A model generated the notes under the pieces. The model worked only from the letters and a program-made list of their open reading frames with translations. It made no database searches and was not told where the DNA came from. From Patescibacteria group bacterium (lineage in GTDB: Bacteria > Patescibacteriota > Minisyncoccia > UBA6257 > 2-01-FULL-56-20), in contig JAGXBC010000002.1 of the NCBI GenBank assembly GCA_018971305.1, forward strand, positions 144,046-208,045: 64,000 bases of DNA, in the 5' to 3' direction. A program made the position numbers and the translations under genes. This document shows, piece by piece, positions 38,262 through 48,041 of the stretch. Each line of letters opens with the position of its first letter. Position 1 is the stretch's first letter.

Positions 38262-39293
38262 ATGAAAAAAGTTCGCATAGCTATAAACGGATTTGGGCGC
38301 ATAGGGCGCCTGTTTTTCCGGCAAATATTTGATGAGGCAAATATAGAGGTAGTCGCTCTTAACGACCTCGGCGACGCGGAAAATCTCGCCTATCTTTTAA
38401 AGTACGACACGGTTTATGGCCGCTACGACAAAGAAGTGGCAGCCGATTTGGCTAAAGGTGTTCTTGCGGTCGGCGGTAAAGAAATAAAATTTTTACAGGT
38501 CAAAGACCCGACCCAGCTTCCCTGGAAAGATTTGAATGTTGATATTGTCGTGGAGTCCACCGGCATCTTTGAGTCGTTTGAGGCTAACAAGGTACATCTC
38601 GCCGCCGGAGCCAAGCGCGTTGTGATTACGGCTCCAGCCAAGGACGAGGATGGAATCGACGGACAAACAGTTCTTATAGGAGTGAATGATGAAAATCTAA
38701 AAATTCGCCCGATCTCTTCCAATGGTTCGTGCACAACTAATTCGGTATCTCCGGTAATCCAGATACTTTCCGAAAATCCCGGAATTGCGAAAGCGATGCT
38801 CTCCACCGTTCATTCTTATACTGCAACGCAGGGGATTGTTGACGGTCCGGTTCGCAATAGCAAGGATTACAGACGTGGCCGCGCGGCGGCACAGAATATT
38901 GTTCCGTCCACGACCGGCGCGGCGATAGCCGTCACCCGCGGGATTACGGACCTCAAGGGTAAATTTGATGGCCTGGCATTCCGAGTACCTTCCATAACAG
39001 GTTCAGTTTCCGACATAACCTTCTTATCTAAACGTAAAACTTCCGCCGAAGAAATAAATAAAATTCTGACGGACGCCGCTTCTTCGCCTCGCTGGCAGGG
39101 AATATTAAAGGTGACGGACGACCAAATTGTCTCTCACGATATTGTTGGCGAGCCATACGGCGCGATCGTGGACCTCGGTTTTACGAAAGTCGTTGACGGT
39201 GATCTAGTAAAGGTCTTAAGCTGGTACGACAACGAAGCTGGCTATGTGAGCACGCTGGTGAAGCATGTCCGGCTGGTTGCGCAATTGATTTAG
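38262..39293 (+). CDS. gap: Type I glyceraldehyde-3-phosphate dehydrogenase
   Basis: AINGFGRIGR, SCTTN, WYDNE. Confidence 0.98.
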   Translation: MKKVRIAINGFGRIGRLFFRQIFDEANIEVVALNDLGDAENLAYLLKYDTVYGRYDKEVAADLAKGVLAVGGKEIKFLQVKDPTQLPWKDLNVDIVVESTGIFESFEANKVHLAAGAKRVVITAPAKDEDGIDGQTVLIGVNDENLKIRPISSNGSCTTNSVSPVIQILSENPGIAKAMLSTVHSYTATQGIVDGPVRNSKDYRRGRAAAQNIVPSTTGAAIAVTRGITDLKGKFDGLAFRVPSITGSVSDITFLSKRKTSAEEINKILTDAASSPRWQGILKVTDDQIVSHDIVGEPYGAIVDLGFTKVVDGDLVKVLSWYDNEAGYVSTLVKHVRLVAQLI

Positions 39294-39302
39294 GGATAGT
39301 TA

Positions 39303-39500
39303 ATGGATAATAATAAATTTTACGCGCAGAGAATGATCGGACATATAATTTTTGCCGTTGCAATTTTTTTCATATTCGTCTCTTTTATGATGTATGCCTG
39401 GTTCTATATGACCTATTCCCATTTAATAAACACAAACGTCCAGCAAAGTATTCTATTCAGCCATATCGTTGACGCGCAACTGAAGATCGGGAGAAAATAA
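39303..39500 (+). CDS. Small membrane protein
   Basis: Fills the gap-rpiB interval exactly; one TM helix. Confidence 0.55.
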   Translation: MDNNKFYAQRMIGHIIFAVAIFFIFVSFMMYAWFYMTYSHLINTNVQQSILFSHIVDAQLKIGRK

Positions 39501-39504
39501 AATT

Positions 39505-39954
39505 ATGCTTATCTATATAGGAGCGGATCACAGGGGATTCAAGTTCAAAGAACGCCTGAAAGCTATTTTGCACGATCAAGGATACGAGGTCACGGATGTT
39601 GGGAACGAGATTTATGATGAAAAAGATGACTATCCGGATTTTGCAGCGGAAGTTGGCAGGAGGGTTAGCGCTGAATCTGGGGGCAATAGGGGGGTTTTGA
39701 TATGCGGCTCCGGAGCCGGCGTTGATATCGTAGCCAATAAATTCCATGACGTGCGTTCCGTTCTCGGGATTTCCACGGACCAGGTTTTTGACGCTAGACA
39801 CGACGACGATGTTAATGTTTTGAGCTTGTCCGCTGATTTTACAAGCGAAGCAGATGCCGAAAAAATGGTTAGGGTTTTTCTGGATACGCCTTTCTCGGGA
39901 GAAGAACGTCATAAACGTCGCCTGAAAAAAATTGCGGCGGCAGATAATCAATGA
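39505..39954 (+). CDS. rpiB: Ribose-5-phosphate isomerase B
   Basis: GADHRG, DDYPD, ICGSGAG, ERHKRRL. Confidence 0.96.
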   Translation: MLIYIGADHRGFKFKERLKAILHDQGYEVTDVGNEIYDEKDDYPDFAAEVGRRVSAESGGNRGVLICGSGAGVDIVANKFHDVRSVLGISTDQVFDARHDDDVNVLSLSADFTSEADAEKMVRVFLDTPFSGEERHKRRLKKIAAADNQ

Positions 39955-40089
39955 ATAACCGCGCCGCAAGCGGCGCGTTATCCGCTTGCGGCCCCTGCGG
40001 TTATTCACCCCGCCATAGGCGGGGTTTATTAAATTCATTCCGCTTCATCCCCGCGTTTACGCGCGGGGTACTAGCGGGAATTTAATAAA
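39955..40089. mobile_element. Palindrome-rich non-autonomous element resembling IS200/IS605-derived ends
   Basis: Hairpins CGCGCCGC-AA-GCGGCGCG, ACCCCGCC-ATA-GGCGGGGT, CCCCGCG-TTTACG-CGCGGGG. Confidence 0.6.
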
Positions 40090-40142
40090 AAATCCGCGCT
40101 TAACGAAACGCGGTTTTTTTTGAATTCACGGGGTGGCAGATT

Positions 40143-40631
40143 TTAATTCGTTTGCGGGAAAATATCGGCGTGCTCTTTTTTCCAAACACTCCATTCTTTC
40201 ATACCGATAGCCTGGATTCTGTCCATTACTTCAACTAGTGACAGCGGGAGGTAGAATGTGTCGCCAACATATGGCTGAAAAGTCGGTCCGGTTGTGCTGC
40301 TCCAAAACGTTCTCCGATAAAACCAGCACTTATCGTTTCCCCGGTTATCTCCCTTATGGAAAACGGTTGTATTGTTTCCGCTGTCTTTGGGTATTGGTAT
40401 TTCCAGCAATTTTGCCGAATATCTCGGGTTATAATAACTCTTGATTACAAACTCTCGATAGCTGGCAATTTGACGCAACTCTTCGTCGCTTGGCATTACG
40501 GACTGTCTGTCCAGTGAAGTTATCCAATACGTTCTGGGGTTTAAAGAATCCACGGGAATCTTGAAGTTCTCGTGTATATGTCGCTGCTGTTCTTGCGTGA
40601 TGTTGGTCGCCGCCATTTGAACCTCGGGCAT
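40143..40631 (-). CDS. Hypothetical protein
   Basis: GGAGGTG SD before ATG 40631; TTGACG -35 upstream; hairpin at about 40093-40121. Confidence 0.7.
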   Translation of the reverse strand: MPEVQMAATNITQEQQRHIHENFKIPVDSLNPRTYWITSLDRQSVMPSDEELRQIASYREFVIKSYYNPRYSAKLLEIPIPKDSGNNTTVFHKGDNRGNDKCWFYRRTFWSSTTGPTFQPYVGDTFYLPLSLVEVMDRIQAIGMKEWSVWKKEHADIFPQTN

Positions 40632-40724
40632 ATTCACCTCCAAAATTTCTATTGGGGAGCTTAGCATAATCGGAATATCCCCGTCAAAAATATGGAGAAA
40701 TTAATGTGATACAATTAATCTATT

Positions 40725-41372
40725 ATGGAGGTTATTCCGGTTATAAATTGCCACGACCACGACATTAAATGCGTTAAAGATAAGCTCTATCACGCTGGGA
40801 AATTTTTACAGAAAGGCGATTGGCTGCATCTGGACATCTCCGACGGCAGGTTCACTTTCAATAAAAGCTGGCGGGATCCGCAGCAATGGGCCTATCTGCG
40901 CCCGGAGTTCAATTTGGAGGTCCATTTGATGGTTGAGGAGCCGGAAAAATATTTGAGCGATTGGTCGGCTGCGGGCGCCGGGCGTTTTATAGTTCATAAA
41001 GAATCATTGAGCGAGGCGGCGGCGGAAAGTTTTGTAAAAAGGGCAAGAACAATGAGAAAAGAAACCGTTCTTTCCAGCGTGCCGCACACTACAACGGCCC
41101 AGCTTTGGCCGTACCTGAGATTTTTTTCACATTATCAGGTTCTGGCCGTGGAACCGGGGCCTGCCGGACAGAAGTTTTTGCCGACAGTACTTCAGAAAAT
41201 AAAATTTTTGAGGAACTTCGCGCCGAATGCTAAAATTGAAGTTGACGGTGGCATTACGCCGGAAATAGCGAAGCTGGTAAAAAAAGCCGGTGCGGACAGG
41301 ATAGTTTCCTCTGCCTACATTTTCGGCAGCAAAAATCCGAAGAGCGCATATAAGAAACTTCAAAAAGCATAA
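40725..41372 (+). CDS. rpe: Ribulose-phosphate 3-epimerase
   Basis: LHLDISDGRF, EVHLMV, VEPG-x-x-GQKF, IEVDGGI. Confidence 0.93.
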   Translation: MEVIPVINCHDHDIKCVKDKLYHAGKFLQKGDWLHLDISDGRFTFNKSWRDPQQWAYLRPEFNLEVHLMVEEPEKYLSDWSAAGAGRFIVHKESLSEAAAESFVKRARTMRKETVLSSVPHTTTAQLWPYLRFFSHYQVLAVEPGPAGQKFLPTVLQKIKFLRNFAPNAKIEVDGGITPEIAKLVKKAGADRIVSSAYIFGSKNPKSAYKKLQKA

Positions 41373-41373
41373 G

Positions 41374-42234
41374 ATGCAGGAAATCCACGAGAAAAAAATA
41401 AAGTATCTGGAATACATTGCGAATAAGCTTCGCGAGGATGTGATCAGAATGGTTTCGCATGCCGGTTCCGGGCATATTGCCGGACCGCTTGATATGGCGG
41501 AAATTTTCGCCGCGTTTTATTTTCACATTTTGAATCACGACCCTAAGAAACCCGATTGGCCGGATCGTGACCGCTTGGTTTTGTCTAACGGCCACATTTG
41601 CCCCGTGCAGTACGCGGCGCTGGCCCGCTCCGGATATTTTCAATTGGAAGAATTAAAAACCTTGCGCCAGCTGGGGACCCGTCTGCAAGGCCACCCTCAC
41701 AGGAAAGTTCTCCCGGGTATTGAGACAACATCCGGACCGCTCGGTTCCGGGATTTCGCAGGCGGTCGGCATGGCGCTCGCGGCGCGGCTGGACGGTAAAA
41801 AGTGGCGGACATATTGCCTTACATCAGATGGCGAGCACGAAGAGGGGAATACATGGGAAGCGATTATGTTCGCCGGCAAGAATAGGTTGAATAATTTAAC
41901 AGTTGTCGTTGACCGCAATAATATCCAAATAGACGGTTTTACGGAAAATATTATGCCGCTTGAACCGTTCCGCAGGAAATATGAATCGTTTAACTGGGAA
42001 GTGGTGGAGATAAACGGCCACGATTTTTATGACATAATTTCCGCTGTTGCCGAGGCGCAGGCAGTATATGAAAAGCCGACCGTTATTATCGCCCATACCA
42101 TAGCCGGCAAAGGAGTGAGTTTTATGGAAAGGAACTATTTATGGCACTCTAAGCCTTTTAGTTCGGGTGAGGCAGAGGAGGCGCTAAAAGAGCTGCGAAC
42201 CCTCGGTGGGAAAATAAGAAGCGAACATGAATAA
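41374..42234 (+). CDS. Transketolase, N-terminal (TPP-binding) subunit
   Basis: GSGH, LSNGH, QGHP, SGPLGSG, DGE-x-x-EG-x-x-WEA. Confidence 0.96.
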   Translation: MQEIHEKKIKYLEYIANKLREDVIRMVSHAGSGHIAGPLDMAEIFAAFYFHILNHDPKKPDWPDRDRLVLSNGHICPVQYAALARSGYFQLEELKTLRQLGTRLQGHPHRKVLPGIETTSGPLGSGISQAVGMALAARLDGKKWRTYCLTSDGEHEEGNTWEAIMFAGKNRLNNLTVVVDRNNIQIDGFTENIMPLEPFRRKYESFNWEVVEINGHDFYDIISAVAEAQAVYEKPTVIIAHTIAGKGVSFMERNYLWHSKPFSSGEAEEALKELRTLGGKIRSEHE

Positions 42235-42430
42235 GAAACAAGTAGCATCAATAATATTTCTAATATTAGCGTTCGTCCTTATTGCTATAAATGGTATTGG
42301 TTTTAACATGGGGACTTACATTCAAATGGACGTCAATCAAAAAATTTTGGTTACATTAGATGCGGTCGTCAGTTTATTGTGGGCAATTCTTTTTATGTTA
42401 TTAGCGATTTATTTTAAAGATAGAAAATAA
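42227..42430 (+). CDS. Small two-TM membrane protein
   Basis: Overlaps tkt-N stop; two hydrophobic helices. Confidence 0.6.
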   Translation: MNKKQVASIIFLILAFVLIAINGIGFNMGTYIQMDVNQKILVTLDAVVSLLWAILFMLLAIYFKDRK

Positions 42431-42435
42431 AATTT

Positions 42436-43380
42436 ATGTCTAAACAAACAGCAAAAAGTTCTCCCCGCGATGTCTTTATGTATCTTTTGGCGACAATAAC
42501 CGTTTACTTCAGCGCCTATAGCGTAATTGACCTTGTCTTTCAATATATAAACGTAGGATTTCCGGACGCACTTAATCCATATTACGATGCCGGCAACGCC
42601 ATTCGCTGGCCGTTGGCATTCCTCGTTATCATTTTCCCCGTCTACGTTTGGGTTTCTAGTTTTTTGCACAAAGAACTAGTAAAAAATCCAAAGAACGGCG
42701 AGGTAAAAATCCGCAAATGGCTGCTTTATTTCACGCTTTTCGCCGCCGCGCTTCTTATAATCGGCGACTTGGTTTCTCTTATATATAACTTTTTGGGCGG
42801 AGACCTTACTACAAGATTTTTGCTTAAGGTTTTAGCTATACTTGCGGTTGCCGCCGCTGTCTTTTGGTATTATCTCTATGATTTGCGCAGTGGCAAAAAA
42901 AAGTTTTCTTCCGGAGCGAAAGTGTCCGTTAAAATTGCTATTGTCTGCGTGGCAGTGGTTGCCGTTACAGGATTCTTTATTGCTGGATCGCCCTTCAGGC
43001 AGCGCCTTATAAAGTTTGACGACCAAAAAATTAGCGACCTGCAGAATATCCAGTGGCGGGTGGTAAATTACTGGCAGCAGAAAAATGTTTTGCCGTCTAC
43101 CATCGGCGACTTGCGGGACGATATTTCCGGATTTGTTCCGCCGGTTGACCCGCAGGACAGTTCTGCCTACGTGTATACTGCAACCGGAGAACTTTCGTTT
43201 GGGCTTTGCGCTAATTTTAACGAGGCATCAGACGATAAGGCGAGAGCTGTCATTCAGCCCCAGCCATACGGGGTTTCTGGAAATGAGAGTTGGGCGCATC
43301 CCGCCGGAAATTATTGTTTCTCGCGGACGATAGACCCGCAACTATATAAACCAATCGCACCTGCGCCGATGCTTAAATAA
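42436..43380 (+). CDS. Membrane protein (DUF5671-like) with pilin-like C-terminal domain
   Basis: PRDVFMYL, IRKWLLYFTLF, GDL...FLGGDLTTRFLLK, DPQ-x-x-x-x-Y-x-Y, LCANF. Confidence 0.75.
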   Translation: MSKQTAKSSPRDVFMYLLATITVYFSAYSVIDLVFQYINVGFPDALNPYYDAGNAIRWPLAFLVIIFPVYVWVSSFLHKELVKNPKNGEVKIRKWLLYFTLFAAALLIIGDLVSLIYNFLGGDLTTRFLLKVLAILAVAAAVFWYYLYDLRSGKKKFSSGAKVSVKIAIVCVAVVAVTGFFIAGSPFRQRLIKFDDQKISDLQNIQWRVVNYWQQKNVLPSTIGDLRDDISGFVPPVDPQDSSAYVYTATGELSFGLCANFNEASDDKARAVIQPQPYGVSGNESWAHPAGNYCFSRTIDPQLYKPIAPAPMLK

Positions 43381-43386
43381 AAATCC

Positions 43387-44142
43387 ATGCCTAACCCAGA
43401 CACAAAATTATCTAAAAATGGATTCGCGACCATAATCGCCATTATAATTATCGCAGCTGTTTTGGTTACGGCTGGATACTTTGTGCTTGTAAATAAAGCG
43501 CAGGTGCCAGAGGTATTGTTGTCTGGACAGCACACAACGCCACCGCTTGCTGTGCAGAACCAAACATCAAAATCAGCAATTGATGCAAGTTGGAAAACTT
43601 ATAGTAATCCAAAATACGGATTTGAATTTAGCTATCCTCAAGACTGGGCGATTGATGGCATTTATGACTATTCTACTGATAACGGGAAAAATTCGGCGTA
43701 TATACCATATCTGGGCGATTTTAATTATTTTTTTACAATGAACGCTGATCCACTAAGCAGACTGGATGGGTTTACTATATCTCTAGGTTGTCAGTCTGGT
43801 AATAAGGTTAATTTAATAGAACAGAAAGGTCTTCTTATGGGATCAGGAACCGTGTCATTGGCTAATACAACTGCGACAATGTTCTCGGGCGGCGAATGTA
43901 CGTATGTTAATAATCCTAATGAGTGTAATTCTGACGTATCGCCGACACTGACTCTTCTTTGTAATAACGATGGCGATATTTGTTTTCAAGCCGATACTTA
44001 TACGGGGGGCGGTATTTATGCAGATAGACAGGCGCGCACAGCTTTACTAAAAGAGGTTTTGGGCACGGTAAGGTTTTCAAAAGATCCACAATCTATTCTT
44101 GTTCCCGGCAACTGTCCTGTCCCCATAGAAAGAAAAGGATAA
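43387..44142 (+). CDS. Membrane-anchored protein with GF-hydrophobic leader and PsbP-like domain
   Basis: NG|FATIIAIIII; WKTYSNPKYGFEFSYPQDW. Confidence 0.75.
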   Translation: MPNPDTKLSKNGFATIIAIIIIAAVLVTAGYFVLVNKAQVPEVLLSGQHTTPPLAVQNQTSKSAIDASWKTYSNPKYGFEFSYPQDWAIDGIYDYSTDNGKNSAYIPYLGDFNYFFTMNADPLSRLDGFTISLGCQSGNKVNLIEQKGLLMGSGTVSLANTTATMFSGGECTYVNNPNECNSDVSPTLTLLCNNDGDICFQADTYTGGGIYADRQARTALLKEVLGTVRFSKDPQSILVPGNCPVPIERKG

Positions 44143-44174
44143 ACAATCATCTATAATAAAAGACAGCAAACAAG

Positions 44175-45167
44175 ATGCTCAATCCCGAAGCAAAACTTAA
44201 TCCAAAACTATTCGAGCACGATATCGAGCAGGCGCCGACCCGCAATGGTTATGGCGAGGGTTTGGTTTTGGCCGGAGAGGCAAATAAGAATGTGGTAGCA
44301 CTTTGCGCGGATTTAACAGAGTCCACACGCGCGGAAGCATTTGCTAAAAAATTTCCCGAGAGATTTTTTGAAGTCGGCGTTGCAGAGCAGAATATGGCGA
44401 CTATCGCCGCCGGACTGGGAGTCACCGGCAAAATCCCTTTTATATCTTCTTATGCAACATTTTCCCCCGGCAGAAACTGGGAGCAAATAAGAACAACTAT
44501 CGCTTATAACGATTCCAATGTAAAAATCGCCGGACATCACGCGGGGATTTCCGTGGGTCCTGACGGCGCAACGCACCAGGCAACGGAAGACATCGCTATG
44601 ATGCGGGCATTGCCGAATATGAAAATTTTCGTTCCTTGCGACTCGATTGAGGGGAAGAAAGCTACGCTCGCGGCGGCCCACATCTGGGGCCCGGTTTATC
44701 TGAGATTCCAAAGGGAGAAAACTCCGGTGTTTACTACCGAAGCGACGCCCTATGTCCCGGGCAAGGCGGAAGTTTTTTGGGAAACTAAAGGGGCGAAGGT
44801 ATTAATTGTCGGTTGTGGGGGTTTGTTATACAACTCTTTACTTGCCGCCCGGGAATTGGAAAGAGAAAAAATTGGCACTATAGTTTTAAACAGCCACACG
44901 ATAAAACCGCTGGATGAGAAGAAAATCGTGGAACTTGCCAAAAAATGTGGTGCTGTGGTTACAGTTGAAGAACATCAAATTGCCGGCGGCTTGGGCGGCG
45001 CGGTTGCGGAAGTTTTAGCACAGCATACGCCAGTGCCGATGGAGTTTGTTGGAATGCATGATACTTATGGAGAATCCGGCCAGCCAAGCGAGCTTATCAA
45101 GAAATATGGGATGGATGTTAAAGATATAAAACTGGCCGTTAAAAAAGTTCTGCGCAGGAGAAAATAA
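44175..45167 (+). CDS. Transketolase, C-terminal subunit
   Basis: ADL, GVAEQN, GPDGATHQ, EEHQ-x-x-GGLG. Confidence 0.96.
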   Translation: MLNPEAKLNPKLFEHDIEQAPTRNGYGEGLVLAGEANKNVVALCADLTESTRAEAFAKKFPERFFEVGVAEQNMATIAAGLGVTGKIPFISSYATFSPGRNWEQIRTTIAYNDSNVKIAGHHAGISVGPDGATHQATEDIAMMRALPNMKIFVPCDSIEGKKATLAAAHIWGPVYLRFQREKTPVFTTEATPYVPGKAEVFWETKGAKVLIVGCGGLLYNSLLAARELEREKIGTIVLNSHTIKPLDEKKIVELAKKCGAVVTVEEHQIAGGLGGAVAEVLAQHTPVPMEFVGMHDTYGESGQPSELIKKYGMDVKDIKLAVKKVLRRRK

Positions 45168-45214
45168 AAATCCCCTTCCGAATTGGCTGGGGGGATATAA
45201 TTGGTTAAATCGTG

Positions 45215-45652
45215 CTAGTTTGGCTTAAACCCAAGCACTACTACTGCCCACTGCGCGTGACTGTAATTTTCTTGCGCCTCCTTAAGAGCCGACTCGGCAG
45301 CATTTTCATTTGTCCTGAGTTCACTAAGTTTCTGGATGTTTGTTTTCACCATATCAGCGGTCGATGGCTCAGATGCAAGGATTTTTTCTTTGGCCGCCCT
45401 TGCCTGATCCAGTGAAGCGCTTTTCAGTTTGACTTCTTCGCTTAATTTACCAAGTTGCGCCGTAACATAAGGCTGCATTAGCCTTATCGCTTCTTTGTCT
45501 TCTTGTTGTGGCGGTTCAATCTTTAATTGGGCCACGAAGTATTCATGCGCACGACTGTATGTAATTGCCGGCATAGCAATCGCCGCTATTATAATTAGAA
45601 CTATCGCCACCATAATCCACAACCCTATCAGTGAAAGGACATTCTTTTTCAC
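45215..45652 (-). CDS. Membrane-anchored coiled-coil hypothetical protein
   Basis: GGGAGG SD before GTG; TTGACA-17-TATAAT at 45732-45704. Confidence 0.7.
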   Translation of the reverse strand: MKKNVLSLIGLWIMVAIVLIIIAAIAMPAITYSRAHEYFVAQLKIEPPQQEDKEAIRLMQPYVTAQLGKLSEEVKLKSASLDQARAAKEKILASEPSTADMVKTNIQKLSELRTNENAAESALKEAQENYSHAQWAVVVLGFKPN

Positions 45653-45753
45653 ATCATCCTCCCGGGCAAGCTGCCCACAAAGTTCAAGTCTTACACTGAG
45701 GGCATTATATGTTGTTTTGAATTACTTGTCAATTGGGAATATAATTTAAGTTA

Positions 45754-46776
45754 ATGTTTGATGTAATCACCATCGGTTCCACAACCCGCGACGCTTTTTT
45801 TGAAAGCGATTTTACAACAATTAAATGGCCAAAAACTCCGTCGCGGTTGGCGTATGTTTTGCCTAAAGGCGACAAGCTGGAAATCAAGCGCGCTTATTTT
45901 ACCGTTGGAGGCAACGCAGCGAACGGTTCGGTGACTTTCGCGCGACAGGGATTTAGGGTGGCGGCAGTTGGAAAAATCGGGGACGATGCTTCAGGGGAAG
46001 AAATAAAGCGCAAGCTCGCGAGCGAAAAAGTTAACACATCGCTTATGGCGATGGCTCGCAATATGCCGAGCGCACACTCCGTTTTGCTTTTAGAAAATGC
46101 CGAGCGCACGATTCTTGGTTATCATGGTTCGTCGGACACTTTCGCGATTCGCGACCTTCATCTCTTAAAAATGAAGGCTAAATGGTGGTATATGTCTTTA
46201 GCCGGAGAGTCGGACAAGATGTTTTTGCCGCTTATAAAATTCGCGCGCGCGAATAAGATCGCGGTTGCCTTTAATCCAAGCGGTCATCACTTACGCCACA
46301 AACGCAATGATGTTCTGAGATCGCTCAAAGATATTTCATTTTTGGTTTTAAACGACGAAGAAGCGGGACAAATCACCGGAATTCCCTGGAAATACGAGAA
46401 AAAAGTTTTTAAAAAGCTGGATAAGCTGATGAGCCCGGGAATTTTGGCTGTAACGACTGGGCGAATGGGGGTCACCGTTTCCGACGGCAAATATGTTTAT
46501 AAAGCCGGGATTTTCAAGGAGAGAAAACTGGTCGACAGGACCGGTGCGGGGGACGCTTTTGGTTCGGGATTTACCGCCGGGCTTTTACTGCGTGGAATTA
46601 ATGCAAAGAATATCGGGAAGGCGAAATCTTCGGATATCTGCTACGCAATACGTCTTGCAACGGCGAACGCAACTTCCGTTGTAGAAAAAATAGGCGCCAC
46701 GGAAGGGATTATTACGCGGGAAGAATTCAATATGCCGCGCTGGAAAAATCTTAATATAACCGTTAAAAAAATATAA
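45754..46776 (+). CDS. PfkB family carbohydrate kinase
   Basis: GGNAAN, LNDEEA, DRTGAGDAFGSGF. Confidence 0.95.
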   Translation: MFDVITIGSTTRDAFFESDFTTIKWPKTPSRLAYVLPKGDKLEIKRAYFTVGGNAANGSVTFARQGFRVAAVGKIGDDASGEEIKRKLASEKVNTSLMAMARNMPSAHSVLLLENAERTILGYHGSSDTFAIRDLHLLKMKAKWWYMSLAGESDKMFLPLIKFARANKIAVAFNPSGHHLRHKRNDVLRSLKDISFLVLNDEEAGQITGIPWKYEKKVFKKLDKLMSPGILAVTTGRMGVTVSDGKYVYKAGIFKERKLVDRTGAGDAFGSGFTAGLLLRGINAKNIGKAKSSDICYAIRLATANATSVVEKIGATEGIITREEFNMPRWKNLNITVKKI

Positions 46777-46777
46777 A

Positions 46778-48031
46778 ATGACTGGCGCTGAGAAAGTATC
46801 TAAAATATTAAGAGCCGACAAACACTTGGTCGCCAAATTGGACGAGCGGCTATCCTCGGTTTCCGGGAAAAACGGTGTCTTGGATAAAATTATAGAAGAG
46901 CACTCCAATATCATCCGCGATAAGCTTTCTACTCTCGGTATCCCCACTGCGGCCACTTCCAAGGATGTTTACGATGCCCTGATTTCCAAAATAGAGTCCG
47001 ACGACCATCATTTATTTTCCGCTTTGAACGAGCCGGATTGCCGGCGTGTTGCCGATTGTCAGAAGGTTGCCGATGCGGCTTTGCAGGTTGCTGGCGGTCC
47101 GAAAGGATTGTTTCTTAAATTTGATAAGGCCAGGGAATTCTTAATAAAAGAGCCGCCGAAAAAGATAATGGCGTTTTTGGGTTATGATTCGGCTGAAAAA
47201 ATGCTCTTAAATGAAGATTTGCTGGAGGTTATGAGCGCCCTGCGTTTTATTGAAGGCAGCGAATGGCTGAATAATGTTTTCTTCAAGCAGTATGGATCTC
47301 TTACGCCGGATGATTTTGAGGAGCGGGATATCCGAGTTAAGGCCTTGAGCGAAAAATGGGGCGCGGAATCGCAAAAGTTCGTTATTAAGAAGCGGCACAA
47401 CATCAGTCACCTGAAGGAACTTGGAGTTATTTTCGTGATACCGGTTCTTCTTGGCATCTCCGGAGAGATCTTGCGCATGTTCGCGCTTATCCTCCACTAT
47501 TTAAACGAGATTCCTTTCTACTCCGATATTTTTCGGGACATAGCCAAAGATCAGAAAACTTTTACGGCTAATTTCACCTCTCTCTTGCGCGGTGATGTTT
47601 TGGAAAATAGGCCGGCCGAGAGCGATAAATCATTATGGCTGGTCGTGCAGCGGTATCTGGCAAAGGACGACGAAAACGATTGGCGTTTGTTCGTGCCGCA
47701 TATCAATCCGGAAGCCCTGCACTGGCTTAAGGCCGAGGAAAATTTGGCTAGCGCCGGGGCGACAATGGACCATTTCGGCGAAGAGTTGGCATTTTGGAAG
47801 GATATTGACTGGGTGGGGGATTATTTCAAAGACGAAAGCGGCGTGGACGTACTTGTGAGCTTTGACCTTGTGGACACGGTGATGAGCTTGGTAAAGGAAA
47901 AAGAAATGGCCAAGTATCTCTATCATCATCAGGAAGCTCTTTGGAATAAAGTGTTTGCGGAATATATGGGACGGGATAAACTGGAAGATTATTCCAAGCA
48001 ATACTTATTAAAAGGATATTTCGAAATTTAA
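46778..48031 (+). CDS. Uncharacterised protein embedded in the sugar-phosphate operon
   Basis: 417 aa, tightly coupled to pfkB and fba; HNISHLKELG, HYLNE, PHINPEALHW motifs. Confidence 0.8.
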   Translation: MTGAEKVSKILRADKHLVAKLDERLSSVSGKNGVLDKIIEEHSNIIRDKLSTLGIPTAATSKDVYDALISKIESDDHHLFSALNEPDCRRVADCQKVADAALQVAGGPKGLFLKFDKAREFLIKEPPKKIMAFLGYDSAEKMLLNEDLLEVMSALRFIEGSEWLNNVFFKQYGSLTPDDFEERDIRVKALSEKWGAESQKFVIKKRHNISHLKELGVIFVIPVLLGISGEILRMFALILHYLNEIPFYSDIFRDIAKDQKTFTANFTSLLRGDVLENRPAESDKSLWLVVQRYLAKDDENDWRLFVPHINPEALHWLKAEENLASAGATMDHFGEELAFWKDIDWVGDYFKDESGVDVLVSFDLVDTVMSLVKEKEMAKYLYHHQEALWNKVFAEYMGRDKLEDYSKQYLLKGYFEI

Positions 48032-48041
48032 TTTCAGATCA

